From NCBI RefSeq assembly GCF_046119375.1, contig NW_027362762.1:639406001-639470000 (forward strand): a stretch of DNA of 64,000 nt. Reading direction: 5' to 3'. The notes under the pieces were generated by a model. It worked only from the letters and a program-made list of their open reading frames with translations, had not been told where the DNA came from and did not search any database. Source of the stretch: Phyllobates terribilis. Lineage: Eukaryota. Below are positions 47,998-62,200 of this stretch, piece by piece (positions within the stretch are counted from its first letter, which is position 1; each line of letters begins with the position of its first letter). The translations under genes and the position numbers were made by a program.

Positions 47998-50900
47998 TTA
48001 TCCCATGTCACGCGTGATGCCGCGGATTCTGCGTGCAAGCTGTATGTCCTTTGCGTAGAGAGTGACTCTCTTGGCATGGAGACTGCACTGGTAGGAGTCT
48101 TCAAGGAGCCGCACGAGGAAGGCCTCAGCTGCCTGCGGATACAGGAAAAGGTATGAGCATTAAAGCATTCTGAATAATGAATGTGTACACATGAGGATTA
48201 ACACTAGTTTAGGCCATTATATAACTTTTATGCAGCATTTTCACTGGTTTCCCCTCTGAGGTTTCTCTGATTTTCAGTTTTTGCTGAGCTGGTGGGTGGA
48301 GATTAGCTGCTATGATGCCTCACATACACAGCAGATACAGACATGAGGAATTCCTGCTCTCCTGTTTATATATACAGAACATGTTAAAAAGCATCAGCAA
48401 CATGCAGGATATTAAAATGCAGTACTAAGCAGTGCAGCTGTGAATCCAGTACTGCACTAGAAAGCAGCATCACATTCTCTGCCTCCCCTTTTTATATATT
48501 CCAAGAGTAGCTGTAATCTGATCCCTCAACAAATACATGCAGCGTGATGGCTCAGTGGTTAGCACTGCAGCCTTACAGTGCTGAGCTCCTGGGTTTAAAT
48601 CCCACCAGAGACTCCATTTGCAAAGAATTTGTATGTTTGTTTCTTGTATTTGTATGTTCTTCCTGTCTTTGCGTGGGTTTCTTCTGGGTCCTCCAGTTTC
48701 CTCCGACACTCCAAAGACACAATGATAAGGGATTTAGATTGTGAGCCCCAGTGGGGACAGTGATGATGTATGTAAAGTACTGCGAAAGATGATGGCAAGG
48801 AAAAATAAATCTACATTCCTCAAAATTGAAATTGCAACACCAAAACAGAAAAGTTGTGGAATTATAGAAATGAAAGGATGGATAGACACATGACAGATAT
48901 GCAGACATCTCAGTTTATTCAGTATTGAGCGCCATATCCAGAAATTCCCGAACTTACACCTATTGGCTGCTATCAATAAGGTTATTAATGGTTGTCTCAG
49001 GAATGTTCTGCCAAAGCAGAATGCTCTTCGGCAAATCATCAAAGTCCACTGCTGGCAGATCTCCTTGCAATTGTCAACTAATGATGTCTCAGATGTGCTC
49101 AATGGGAGACAAGTCTGGAGACGCTGCAGGCCAACGCAGCATTTTTGGGTTACTCCAAGCAAAATGTGGCCTGGCTTTGTAATGTTGAAAAAATGTCTCA
49201 TGAGAAGCTTTATTGAGAAATGACTGTACCACTGGTTCCATAACCAAATCAATGTAACACTGAGCTGTTAGTTTACGTGTAATGAAGACTACAAGTGTCT
49301 GGATAGTGTACATTATGCCATCCCACACCATAATCCCTGAAGTAGGACCAGTGTGACCTTACACTCATGAAGGCCTCTTCCCATGAGGATATCTGCAGGT
49401 TAATAAAGTTATTAACCTGCCCTGTGCAAGCACTTAGCCGAACGCTAAGGGGAGAAATTTAACTTTATTCCCCCCACAGCATTCAGGTTTCAGTGACAGG
49501 GGTGACGCCAGTTTAGTCACAGCTCTGAGCATACAGGGAAGCGGCTGTAACCGTGCCCTCGGCACTGCCTGACAGCCGGCCTCAATGCAGAGTGAGTGTC
49601 AGTCAGGGCCAAGAACATGATTACAGCCGCCGCTCTGTGCACTCAGAGCAGTGACTGAACCCGGAACGCTGCCGGGGGTAATAAAATCAAATTTCTCCCT
49701 GCGGTGTTCGGCCAAGTGCGGGCACCGGCAGGTTAATTAACCCCATATCTACAGGTTAATAGCGTTTTTTTCTGGGGACAGATTCTCTTTAATAACCTCA
49801 TTGAAAGCAGCCAAGGCTTTAGGAACATGGGTTCCTGTGCTCAGACTAGATGCTGCATAAGTTGAGATGTTTTGAAACTTTTGCTTTGATTTTTTCATCA
49901 TTTGCACATCAGTAACGTGTATCCATCCTGTGATTTCCATGACTCCACCACTTTTCCTTCTTCGTGCTACAATTTCAATGTTGAGTGTATTTTATAGGAT
50001 GCTTTATATGCAGTACTTAACAACCCTATTCATAAGCATATTGGTATAATGGAGGGTGGCCCTACTCAGCCCCCAATTACTTATCGTGTCCAAGCATTAG
50101 GACGGTATACTGACCTCCTGTAGCGCTGTTAGTGCTGTGCTTTGCCAGGAGTACGGCATGCCGCAGGAATACTCCAGGCAGATCTCTCTCACCTAAAGGA
50201 ATGAAAGGAAATAAGACTTTTCCTACTGATCACTAAAAACGAAAGACCCATTACAGCAGCCACCAAGATCAAATCCACTCACCAGTTTGGCAAATGGGAG
50301 TCTCCGGATGAGCAGCTCCGTCGACTTCTGGTACTTTCTTATTTCCATCAGCGCTCGAGTTCGCTGAGAGCAGCGTCTTCTCCGTGTAGGAGCCACCTCT
50401 TCACCCCTTCCTAGTTTGTTCGAAAAGAATACATCACAGCTTTAATGCTTCTTGCAATTATCACAGGGGGGCACTTTATACAGATTCATACATGACATAG
50501 AGTTATAATCCAAAAATCGGATCAATATTAAAGTTTATTGGTACAAAAAAATTGAAACAAAATCGGGTCAAAGACATATATCACACAATATAAAAACATT
50601 CAGAAATAGCAAGGACACAGGTGTTTGTAGCTTCTGGTCCACTTATTATATTGGGCAGGGGTGGTATGCAACCTTAGTGTCAAAAATCGTCACATCCCCA
50701 ATTAGTGGCATGAGCCGGTGATTAGATTACATCACCATTATATCACTTCGGAGTACTGACAAAAGATCAATCATCATTTAGTATATCTACAAATATCTCA
50801 TTAAATTGCTCTACCCTATAAAGTGCTGGTGCATTTAAAGTAAATTAGGACATATATCACAACACATACGCCAATAAGCTGATCCATGTAGCCCCGGCCA

Positions 50901-53242
50901 GGGTCACATGCAGCAGCACACAGATAGTGTTGTTCACACAATCAAATGGGGGAACCATAGTCACAAGTCAAGGAGGCAACCTTACCCATAATGTAACCCA
51001 GTGGACACAAGCTAACAGCTAATTTACTTTAAAGAAGTTGTCCACTACTTTATATGAACCCCCCAATGTATCCCCCCGGGGTCCAGAAGTATTTTTATAA
51101 ATACCTTGCAATACCTTTTGTGCCTCTGAGCGGCGGGTCACGTGATACCTGTGAGCGGTTAGTGATAGCGCCGCTCACAGGCAGAAAAGGCACCACAAGG
51201 TATTTAGAGAAACACTTATGGGCCCTGGGGGAATACATTGGGGGATCATATAAAGTAGTGGACAACCCCTTTAAATGCACCAGCACATAGGGTACTGCAA
51301 TTTAATGAGATATGTGTAGATATACTGAATGATTGATTTTGTGCCATTTCTGGCTTTTTTATATTGTGTGATATACGTCTTTGGCCCAATTTTGTTTAAA
51401 GTTTATTGGTACAAAAAAAATAATTATGATCAGATTTTTGGATTATGACTCCATATCTCTTATCAGAACTGAAGTTTTCTAGTGGAATATCCACTACAGC
51501 CTGCATCATTTGGGCAATAGGCTGTATTAATATATTCATGACAATTGTGAATCTGTTTTGGATGATATTGATTCTAGATTCATACATGAGCTCAGGAAAG
51601 TATTAAATAATGAGAGTCCTCAGTGGTTCATACCTTTTAATGGCTAACTAAAAAGATGGTGACAAATAGCAAAAACCGAGAGGGTTCCAGCATCCGCCAA
51701 TGATTAGAAGCTTAAAACATGACTTTTCATGAAAACTAAGATTTCACAGCTTGAAACGCATAGACCAGTGTCCTTTTTATCTTCCTCCCCCATGTCTCCC
51801 CCATCCCCTTCCCCAACTTCATTGATATGTTTTTGCAAAAAAAACCTTTTTTTGTCCTTTTTCATTAAAAGTCTTGTTTTACATTTCTAATCATTGGTGG
51901 ATGCTGGAACCCTCTCGTTTTTTCCTCTGCTACTGCCCAGCTGCCGCTCTGAAGTCCGTACACCACATTCTTCATATGGAGGCTTCAAACCATCTGTACT
52001 TGAAGAGCTGAACATTTCCTTTTCCCCTCTCCCATGATTTTTTAACTCACATATTTATACACAACAGAAAACAGGGATAATGCAGAAATAAGACAAGTGA
52101 TGGGAAGCAGAACTATCAATGTGAGAAACAGTTGTGGCAGTAAATATTGAGGCAGATCATAGATAAGGAGCGTGATAGTTTTATTGTCCTCTGATTGAGG
52201 TCTGTTCCAGAGTTGTGATACCCCCAAATGGTCTGAGGGGCACATTTCTTAAACGATGTAGAAAGACATAAATTCATGCGACACATTCATGCCTGCTCTG
52301 AGTGTGTCACTTGTTGTCATAAGTTTGTACTCCCAGACTCTCTTGTCTCTCTGTGGTGGGAAATGTGAAGTTACCGTTCAATACCAGCATCTCCCTGAAG
52401 AGTCTGGGAGTAGAAACTTATAACAAATGACAAACTGAGAGCAGGAATGAATGTGTCACATGAATTTATATCTTTCTACATCAATTAAGGAATGTGTTCC
52501 TCAAACTATTTGGGGGAATCACAACCCTGGACCAGACCACAATCAGAACGCAATAAAACTATCACACTCCTTATCCATGATCTACTCCATTATTTACTGC
52601 CACAGCAGTATCTCTGCGTCCCACATTGGTAGTTCTGCTTCCCGTCACTTGTCTTATTTCTGCATTATTATTGTGTCCTGCTGTGTATAAATATGTGACT
52701 CCTCAGATTTTATGTTCTACTGAGCCTGATGAAGAGACCTGAGTAATCTAGAAAGCTGCCATTAAAAGATATTAACCACTGAGGACTCTCAATCTTTAAT
52801 ATTTTTCTAGCTACATGGTACAAAGTTATGTTTCCTATATACGAGCACGGTCATCCTGCATACATCAGCACAACCTGCTCCCCCTAGTGGCTGCAGAAAA
52901 GTTTGCATCTGCGTGCATAGACATTAGGATTTAAAAAAGATGCAATTGTGTTTTACCTGGGGACAACTGAGAAGTTGAGGGCCCTTCAAATTCTGGTGCT
53001 TTACGGAAGGACAGGCGCATTTTACTCTGGGGAGATTGAGAAGTTGAGGGCCCTTCAAATTCTGGTGCTTTACGGAAGGACAGGCGCATTTTACTCTGGG
53101 GAGATTGAGAAGTTGCAGAACTCTTTCTCTGAGGAGACTGAGAGGTTGAAGGCCTTGTACTTTGGGAGGATGGAGAAGCTGCAGTCCTCTTTTGTGGCTG
53201 CTTCAACTTTCTGCGGTGTTGAGGGCTCTGCTGATTTTTCAT
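47998..53242 (-). CDS. cenpa: CENP-A (cenH3), copy 3; intact
   Basis: Exons 53242-52957, 50410-50283, 50192-50115, 48132-47998. Same protein as copy 1. Intron 1 is 3 bp shorter. Confidence 0.94.
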
Positions 53243-56200
53243 GATGTAAAATGTTGAGACACAATCAAAGCTGCAAACAAGACAATTCAACAGGATCATA
53301 AATTATTATTATTATTTATTATTATAAGCGCCATGGAATAAATGGCGCTTACATGTGAAAAAGGGGTATACGTAATAAAAACACTTCCAATAATATTGAA
53401 AAAAAGAGTCAGCGACTGGTACAGGAGGAGAGAGGACCCTGCCCGCGAGGGCTCACAATCTACAAGGGATGGGAGAGGATACAGTAGATGAGGGTAGAGT
53501 TGGTAGTGCAGCGTTATGGTGGAGCGGTGGTTACAGCAGGTTGTACGCTTGTCGGAAGTGGGTCTTCAGGTTCCTTTTGTAGGTTTCCATGGTAGGCGAG
53601 AGTCTGATATGTTGGGGTAGAGTGTTCCAGAGTAAGGGAGATACACGGAAGAAATCTCGGTAATCAGTGGCCACTAGACCAGAGTCCTGTGAACTACCTC
53701 TTCTAATTAGTAGGCCCTGTGGGGTAATTACATTGTGTCGCAATGTAGGCATGATGTTGAGGGGGACTCCTAAGCAGAAGAGGTGTTGGGAATGTCACGA
53801 GTAGCAGAAGGCTTGCAGGGTTGTGGTCCAGCAGGCACTAAGGTGCAGCGAATCTGTTTGTGAAACTGTTTAACCTCATATACCTTTGCAAAAGTTCTCA
53901 GGTCTCCTGTCTGGAGGAGTTGTAAGAATTGTCAGAAGTCTGGCCCATCCTCTAATAAGGAGCAGAGAAGATGAGATAAGACACGCAGGGCCACGTCACA
54001 TGGGATTATCTCACTGAGAGGCTATGTTCACATGTTGCGTAACTTTTGCTGTGTTTTTTATTCAAATTAAAAGGCTGCTTTTCACGGTATCAGCAAAGTT
54101 AAAAGATTTCAGAAATATAATTCACAGGCTTGTTTTTTTCCACAACTATATTGGAAAACTGCTGCGTTTTTTAAAACTGCAGCATGTCAATTCTTTCAGC
54201 ATTTTTTCATCCATATAAAGCAATCAGTTTTTGTAGTGATTTTGTTTGAAAAAAATATATACAGGTACAGCAAGATGTGAAACACATTTATTTTGGGGAT
54301 TTTCTTAAATTTGTGTCTTGGTATCCTCAAATGAGCATGGTTGTTAGTATTAGTACAGTTTACTTTAACACATACCACAAATTTAATTAAACAATGTCTG
54401 ACCAACTCAATGCCCTACCAATGTGTGAGTGTCCTACCAATGTCTGAAAGTAAACAATGCCCTACAAATGTGTTAGGTTAAAAGTGGGCACCACACAGCC
54501 AGCACCACGTACAGTGGGAACCATGCGGATGGTAGCTTGATCCAATCACTGCTGGTTAACCATTAAATGGCACTGTAACCCCTGACAGGCATTTATGTGG
54601 CACAGTCCTGGGGCCGTCTCCGTTCCTTCCCCATGATCCGATATCGGAGAGCTGATGTGCCACCATGGCAGCTGGGGCCCTGCTGATGCCACTGTTGCCG
54701 CCTTCTTGATACTCGTGTACAGCTGAGCCACAAGGGCCACATACGAGGCCGTGATCGCCACATACTGAAGTCCCGCACTATATACAACATTTCATGAGCA
54801 CAGATGGAAGGGATAGAAAAGTAAGTAATAAATTCCCACCGCCTCCATTTTCCTTGTTTAAAAATCCCCAAGTTATGAAAAATAAGAAGAATATCTGGTA
54901 ACACTGAGCAAAACCATTCCCAGGACCCCGGAGTAGTGGCCCGGCTACTGCCTCACTAGCTGCCGGCATCCCTGGAGCCTCTTAGGACTAGTAGGCCAGA
55001 ACAGCCATTGCAGAGACCCGGGGGTGGAGCAGGTAGGGGGGCTGGCATGGAGCCTCTACAGCACGGCCCTGACACTATTTTGCCCAATGCTAATATCTGG
55101 CATCACATATAAAGCCTCATGTAGCAGAATAACACCAGTAGGCGGTGCTGACACCCACGATTGTTTGCTGTGGATGTACAGTGTGAACGGAGCCGCTGAG
55201 CGCAGATCTGGGGGCGGAGTTGCGGCCGCTGCTGGGAACCACTGCTTTGTGCGCTGCAGTAACCACGGGAGGCCAGCAGAGGCCGCCACAGCCTGAGCGA
55301 GGCCCAGCAGCTCCAGTGTAAAATGACAGCTTATCTGTGAGGAGTCGGGTGGGAGTTGTAGTCCCACACGCTGCAGACCTCTGCTGCATAGAGTGGTGGG
55401 CACGTACAGGCAATCCCCCCGGTAATCCCCCCTCACCAGTCAGGACGCGTCTATCTCCTGCCGACAAGTTTCCACCTACGGCCCGCGCGCTGCTGCTTAG
55501 GAAACGGGGAGGGGCTTACATCCAGCCAATAGCTGCGGCCCATTTTTTCTCTCGTCTCAATAGACTTTATTGTACAAGACAATGAGAACATTATTCTGGA
55601 AGAGGAGATACAAAAATACACTGAGCCTATGGGGGTGACTGGCAGGGCGGGGGCCCAGAGAGTTGCCTGCTGTGGCACAGGTCAGGGAAGGAAGGTGCAC
55701 GCTTCTATGGGGGGCACACATTCTCCCCCAGAATGCCTCAGGCCTCTTTCACACGTCAGTATTTCCGGTACGAGTGGTGACAGTTTCCACACATACCGGA
55801 GACACTGACACACGTAGACCCATTCTAATCTATGGTCTGCGCTCATGTCAGTGCGTTTCCACGGACCGTATGTCCCACACATAGACATGTCCGTTTTTGG
55901 CCGGCAGCACGGGTCACACGGACCCATTCAAGTCAATAACTCCGTGTAAACACGTACCGCACATGGATTTCTTCTGTGTGACACGTACCGGCACCTGAGA
56001 ATCAGCGTACAGTTAGCGCTGTTCCCGAGCGCTGGGTGCTGAACGCTGCCCTCATCATGGTTCCCTGCGATCAGCACCAACAGGGACAATGATGAGAGTA
56101 GTAGTGTCTGCTCCCGCAGTGTCCAACTGTAAAAATAAGAACAAAATTTAAATTACTCACCTGTCCTAAGTGTCCCCTGCTGTAATCCATCCCTGCAGTG

Positions 56201-59200
56201 AGCGGGCCCCGCAGCTGTGCTCTGCGAGTGACAGGATAGCGCTCAATGAGCTCAGCGCAGCTTCGGGGTCCACTCACTGCAGGAGTCAGTCTCCTCGGTG
56301 TGAGCGATCGTATGGATTACAGCGGGGGACACTTAGGATTTTATTCTTATTTCTACACCAGGTCACAGCGGGAGCAGAATACTTCTCTCCTCATTGTCCC
56401 TGCTGGTGCTGATTGCAGCGCAAGCAGGGGACAATGATGAGGGCAGTGTTCGGCACTTGGAAACAGCGCTAACTGTACCACTGATTCCCAGGCGTCAATA
56501 CATGTGTTCCTGATGCGGCACATGGTTGCCACGTGTATGTGTGGCGCCCCTGAGGGTACAGTCGCCACAGAGGTATTGCATCTCACCCAGAGGTGTGGTA
56601 TCCCACTCTCAGGTAAGGATAGAGTGCTGCCCAGGACCCTAACACCTGCATCCAACACGTCCACTTCAGTAGGGCAGGGCGAGTTTGCTCCTAAGGGAGA
56701 GCACAGTCCCTGGTCCCTGGCTGGAGTGGAGGGGAACCAAGTGAGGGGGAACCATATAGTGGGTGTGGGTGGAGGACGTAGTTTAGGGAAGCACTTCAGT
56801 AGCTGTATAAAAAGGGGAGCCATCTTAGGCAGACAAGCCAGTCAGAGGAGGAGAAGTGAAAGGATCAGGGGCTCTGCAGGAGCTCTGCTCGGGAGGCGGG
56901 CCTAGCCCGAGAGGCCCAGGACTGAGAGAGGAGAGGGAGCAGGAGAAAGGCTCCAGGAACAGAAGGGATCCCAGGGGTAAGGGAAGTGCTGGAGGCCACT
57001 CGTACGCCCAAATCTGCCAGGCGGTGGAGGGATCGAGCCGCAGAGGGGACCGGCCCCTAAACTAGTGGAGAACTACAAGGCTCAGCTAGGAACCGGAGGC
57101 TGCTGTACTTGTAAGGTGCAGTGGCCACATCCGCAATTATATCGCTGAAAAGGTGGCCACAGAGGGTCCAGGGGACTGCAGGTCGCCCGACAAGACCCGA
57201 GGCTACCAGATTGGGACACTGGTTGCGAGGCGCAGGGCAGGAGGGCGAGAGCCAGCGCAGGAAGACGACTGAGGAAGGCACATAGAAAGGGGTCCTGTCA
57301 GGCACTCTTGAATTACCTGAGGGATTGCTGAACCCCTGCCTGGTGAACGCAGCACGACGTGGGAGGTTGTAGTCTGGAACCTGTAACCTGAGGAACTTAA
57401 TAACTGTGAATAAACTCGGAAGACTGCACCCCCCTCTCTCTGTGATTATTATGTGCGCCATCACCCCTGCACTACAACGCCCAGCATCATCTGCATCACC
57501 TACAACATCTACACTGCCCTCGAGCTAAGCTCTGCCTGTGGAGAGCTGAACCAACCCTGCTGCACTAACATCAGCTCCAGAGGTTCTGCACCGCAGCTGC
57601 GGCTCCACATAGCCGCATACCACAGGTGGCGTCACAAACTATATATATAAAAACTATAAATCCCCTGTAAATATCCCGCTTTTGATTGACCGCTCTGGGT
57701 CACGGACCGGGTCACTGCGACTGTGACATCTCCCATAGCCACGACCGGCCCGGCACCGAGTACCCCACGGCCCCGGGGGCGCGTCATATGCCACACAGGT
57801 GCACCTGGATATCTTCGGTACTGTTTTTTTCCGGTACCGAAATATCAGGATGTGTGAAAGAGCCCTCAGTGTAATGTCTCCAATTTTCCACCAGCCATTC
57901 CAGCTCTTCATCTTCCCCACACAAATCCAGCTGCTGCCACTGCATTACATGTGGCTGCTGTGGGCCCATCACTATCTGACAGTGTTCATCTGTGAAGATG
58001 GGAATAACCCTTTAAGGATTGTCATTCAAAGTCTATATAAAAAATGTTGCCACTTTTCATAGACGAGAATTACTTGCCTCCAGTACTTTAGGCCACAGTT
58101 TGGATGCAGTCCCACAAAGCTACCGTCGGATGCCAGCAAATTGCAGTCAAGATCCGAAGTCACCGGAGTTGTCAGATTGATTGGTCATTATTAATGGGAT
58201 TGTCCACTACTCAGACAACTCCTTCTCAATCACCATATTTTCTCATATAAAATAATAATAGCCTTTACTCACATCCAGTGCCGGCGCCGTTAAAGTGACA
58301 TCGGTGATGGTTCATAACTGATATCCAGAGGGAGTGAGAGAGTATCAGCAGCTCTCACTTATTCTGTGTGTCAGTTTCGTCTGAACTAAGTGAGCGTGAA
58401 GCGATCCATTATCAGTCGCTGATAGGCTGCTGGGCTCACGTAACATAACGTCACTATAGACCCAAGCCAGTAAGTACAGGCTGTTATTATTTTACACGGT
58501 GGAGTATTGTAATTAGGGGGGTGTTGCTAGCATCAAAGATCCGTGGCTCTGGCCCTACACTTCTTAGCCGGAACTCCGGATTACCTGTGACCGCCGCATT
58601 GAACTGTGTCAACATGATGCCTATACAGTTAAATCCCGTGATAGAGCAGGGAACAAAATATCCCTTCTCTATTGCTGCCCATTTCCTAAGCCCCAGAGTG
58701 CTATAAGCCTGCAGCTCACGAGGCGCCACTTCTGCAGGTCCACTATAGAAGCCAGAAGCAGAGACACAGGCTGCGGTGCTGGGAGTCTGGATGAGGTGAG
58801 TATAATCTTTATTGTTTTTCATATTATTGCGTTGTGGGAGAACATTACCTGTATATTAGGGAGCTGTGGGAGACCATCGTCTATATACAGAGGGGGCTGT
58901 GGGAGACCATCAGTATACACAAGAGGCTGTGTGGGACCATGATAATGTATACAGAGGGGGCCATAGGAGACCATCATCTGTATACACAGAGGGCTGTGGG
59001 AGACCATAATTGTTATGCGCTTCGCAGAGGGACTCAGCAATACTGGTACAGAACCAGCAAAGGCGTGGCCACAGATGCACTTGGCTCAAACTGCCCCGCT
59101 AGGCGAGCCCTTTAGGGTTGGGAGTACTCTTTTCCCAGCTCGCAGTAAATGGAAGAGGGACTTCGGCAGAGCCCTTCCCTAGGCCTACTGTTGCCAGACA

Positions 59201-62200
59201 GCTGGAATCTGGTGACGCAGCTGGTGACTAGTCAAGAACCAAGGTGAGTACCACTGCAAGAACCCGAGGAAGTAAAACCAGACGAGAAAATGAGAAAACC
59301 CCTGAAAAGTTAGCAAGACTAATGCTAGCACCACTCACCACCATGCACATAGGGAACTGAAATAAACAGCAAAGGACTGAGCAGGGAGCAGGGTTATATA
59401 GCCTGCTTAATGATCAGGTACTGAATACCTCCCAATTATCCCCAGACAACCACTTCCTGCTAGCTTCAACAGCCGACTGGACAAAATTTCACCATTGCTT
59501 AGTACAGGACAAAACAGCGTCCTGTGTTGCCTGGCAACCGGGGAAGACAGCGTCCCATCTTCCCTGGGAGAGAAATCAGGAAGAGAAAGGGATAAAAAAA
59601 AATCGGAGCATGATCTGACCACAATATATCTCCGATTGATGCCTCAGGGTGCCAGGACAAAGCATGATGACTCAAAAGAAAAAAAGTCTATGCGACTGTA
59701 TGAATTATTCACAGGTGAAAAATATGTATAATCCTTACTCCGAGGATTCATTATCTGCCACACATCTGTCAGTCGGAGGGAATGGAGGACCCGCTTGAGA
59801 GAACGCAGATGTCTTACTGGAACTATTCCCCTCCCAGAGGAAGAATCCTCCGGCAGATTAAAAGTGAACTTGAAGTCTCCACCTGCAATCAACGTGACGT
59901 ACCCTCTGTAAAATTAGAGAGTGATGCTAGGAAGGAGCGGCAGGAAGAGATCTGACCCTTATTAGGAAGGTACCAATTAGCTGTGGTATAAAATGAATTT
60001 GCAGTCTTTAATTTGTGAAATATGTATCTGCCTTGATCTTCTGTAAGTGTATCAATGAGAGAAAATCCTAGTGACTTATGGACTGCAATTGAAACACCAT
60101 TAGATTTTTACTCTGCATTAGTACTATGGAACCAATTAGTGAAATATCTGTTCTTTATTTTAGGACTATGTTCAGATTTAAAGTGTGTCTCTTGTAATAA
60201 AAGAATATGAACCCTTTTTTATGCATAGTATAGAGGATCTGTGAGCGTTTTTGAGGAATATTAAAGCCTCGAACATTAAGTGAACTGATTTTAACAGAGG
60301 TCATATCTGGGACCAGGGAAAAAAGTAGGGAAAGTAAAAAAGGAGAGAAAAAAAGGAAAGAAGTAAGAAAAGAACAGAATCCCTAACCAATCAGGAATGA
60401 CTCCCTCCAGAAACCAATGGAGAATAGTCTCCCTAACCACCAGGGAATTCCCCAAAAATGGAAAGACAATGGAGGGGAGAAAAAAAATTCCACATCCGTC
60501 CAGCACAGCATAGATCCCCTTAGCGGAAGCGAGCTTTCTAAAGAGGGTAACATCCCCCTTAGGGCCTAACCGCAGGCCCTATACAACATAAGAATAAAAC
60601 ACTTTAAGACGCATAAGATATTTAACTTGAATATATATATCCATATCATGTGTAGATATATACCAACCCATATACTGTATATCAGGGGTCTCAAACTCGG
60701 CTAAGTATATGGGCCGCACAGAAAAAATGTGAATTTGAAGGGCCACATTCATTGCAGAGTGATATTAAATTTTTAATGGTACCAAATTGTTTTTTCTATA
60801 CACCTTTTGGATCATTTTTGGGCTTTTTTATTTTATTCTTTTACATGGCATTCATTTTATGGGCTATGGTACAGTTTTACAGTTTTTACAATTTTTATTT
60901 CCCCTAATTGGTAACATACAGTGATTTGTGTTCTTACAATTTGCACCATATAGTAATTCTGACCAACTTCTCATAGTAATGTCTCCATCGTGTAGTAGTT
61001 TTCCCATCTCGTGGTAATGTCCCCATCCTGGTCCCCATCTTGCAGTAATGTCCCCATCCTTGTCCGCATCTTGTAATAATGTCCTCCATCTTGGTCCCCA
61101 TCTTGCAGTAATGTCCCCATCTTGTAATAATGTCCTCCATCTTGGTCCCCATCTTGTAGTAATGTGCCCATTCTGGTCCCCATCTTGTAGTAATGTATCC
61201 ATCTTGTAGTAGTTTCCCCATCTTGTAGTAATGTCCCCATCCTGGTCCCCATCTTGCAGTAATGTCCCCATCCTTGTCCGCATCTTGTAATAATGTCCTC
61301 CATCTTGGTCCCCATCTTGTAGTAATGTGCCCATACCGGTCCCCATCTTGTAGTAATGTGCCCATACCGGTCCCCATCTTGTAGTCATGTTACAACTGCC
61401 AGCAGGTTATAACAGCCCACCGAGTCCTGTGTCCTCCGGGGAAGTGATCCAGCCAACTCTCAGGTAACTTGAGTGCACTTGATCGGGACCCCATTCTTGT
61501 GTACCTTTCTCGGGTCGTCTCTCTCTGCGCTGGCTTTCACCCTCCTGCCCTGCGCCTCACACACAGTGTCCCGAGCCAGTGGCCGCAGGCCTTGTCCTCT
61601 GTGTCCTATATGGCCACCTTTTCAGCGAATGTGTGTGGTTTTGGCTACGGCACTTAGAGATACCGCAGCCTCCGGTTTGCTAGTTGAGTCTTGCAGTCCT
61701 CCACTAGTCTGGGGCCGGTCCCCTACTGTGACCTGATCCCTTCTCCCGACTACGGTCGGTGTGAGTTCGGGCGCACGGGTGGACTCCGCACTTCCCGTGG
61801 CCCTAGGATCCCTTCTCTGTCTCTGGAGCCCTTCTCTGACTCCCTCGCTCCTCTCATTCTCTCTCCTACTGGGCCCCTCTAACTGGGTCCTCACTCTGTC
61901 TGGACCCTACTCCTCAATGGTCCTCACTCACTGGGCGCTTCTAGATGTTTCTACCTGTCTTTTTATACTGTCTGTCATGTGACCCACGTCACTAACTGTC
62001 ACTCTACGTGGTCCCCTCTACCTTCAGTCATTCCTTGTGTGCTCCCTTAAACTACTTCCTCCACCCACTTCCTCTACCTAGTTCCCTCCTCCAGACAGGG
62101 ACAGGGACTGTGCTCTCCCTCAAGAACAATCTCGCCCTTCCCTACTGGAGTGATGTGGTGTTGGATGTGGGTGTGTGGGTCCTGGGTAGTGCTCCCTCCT

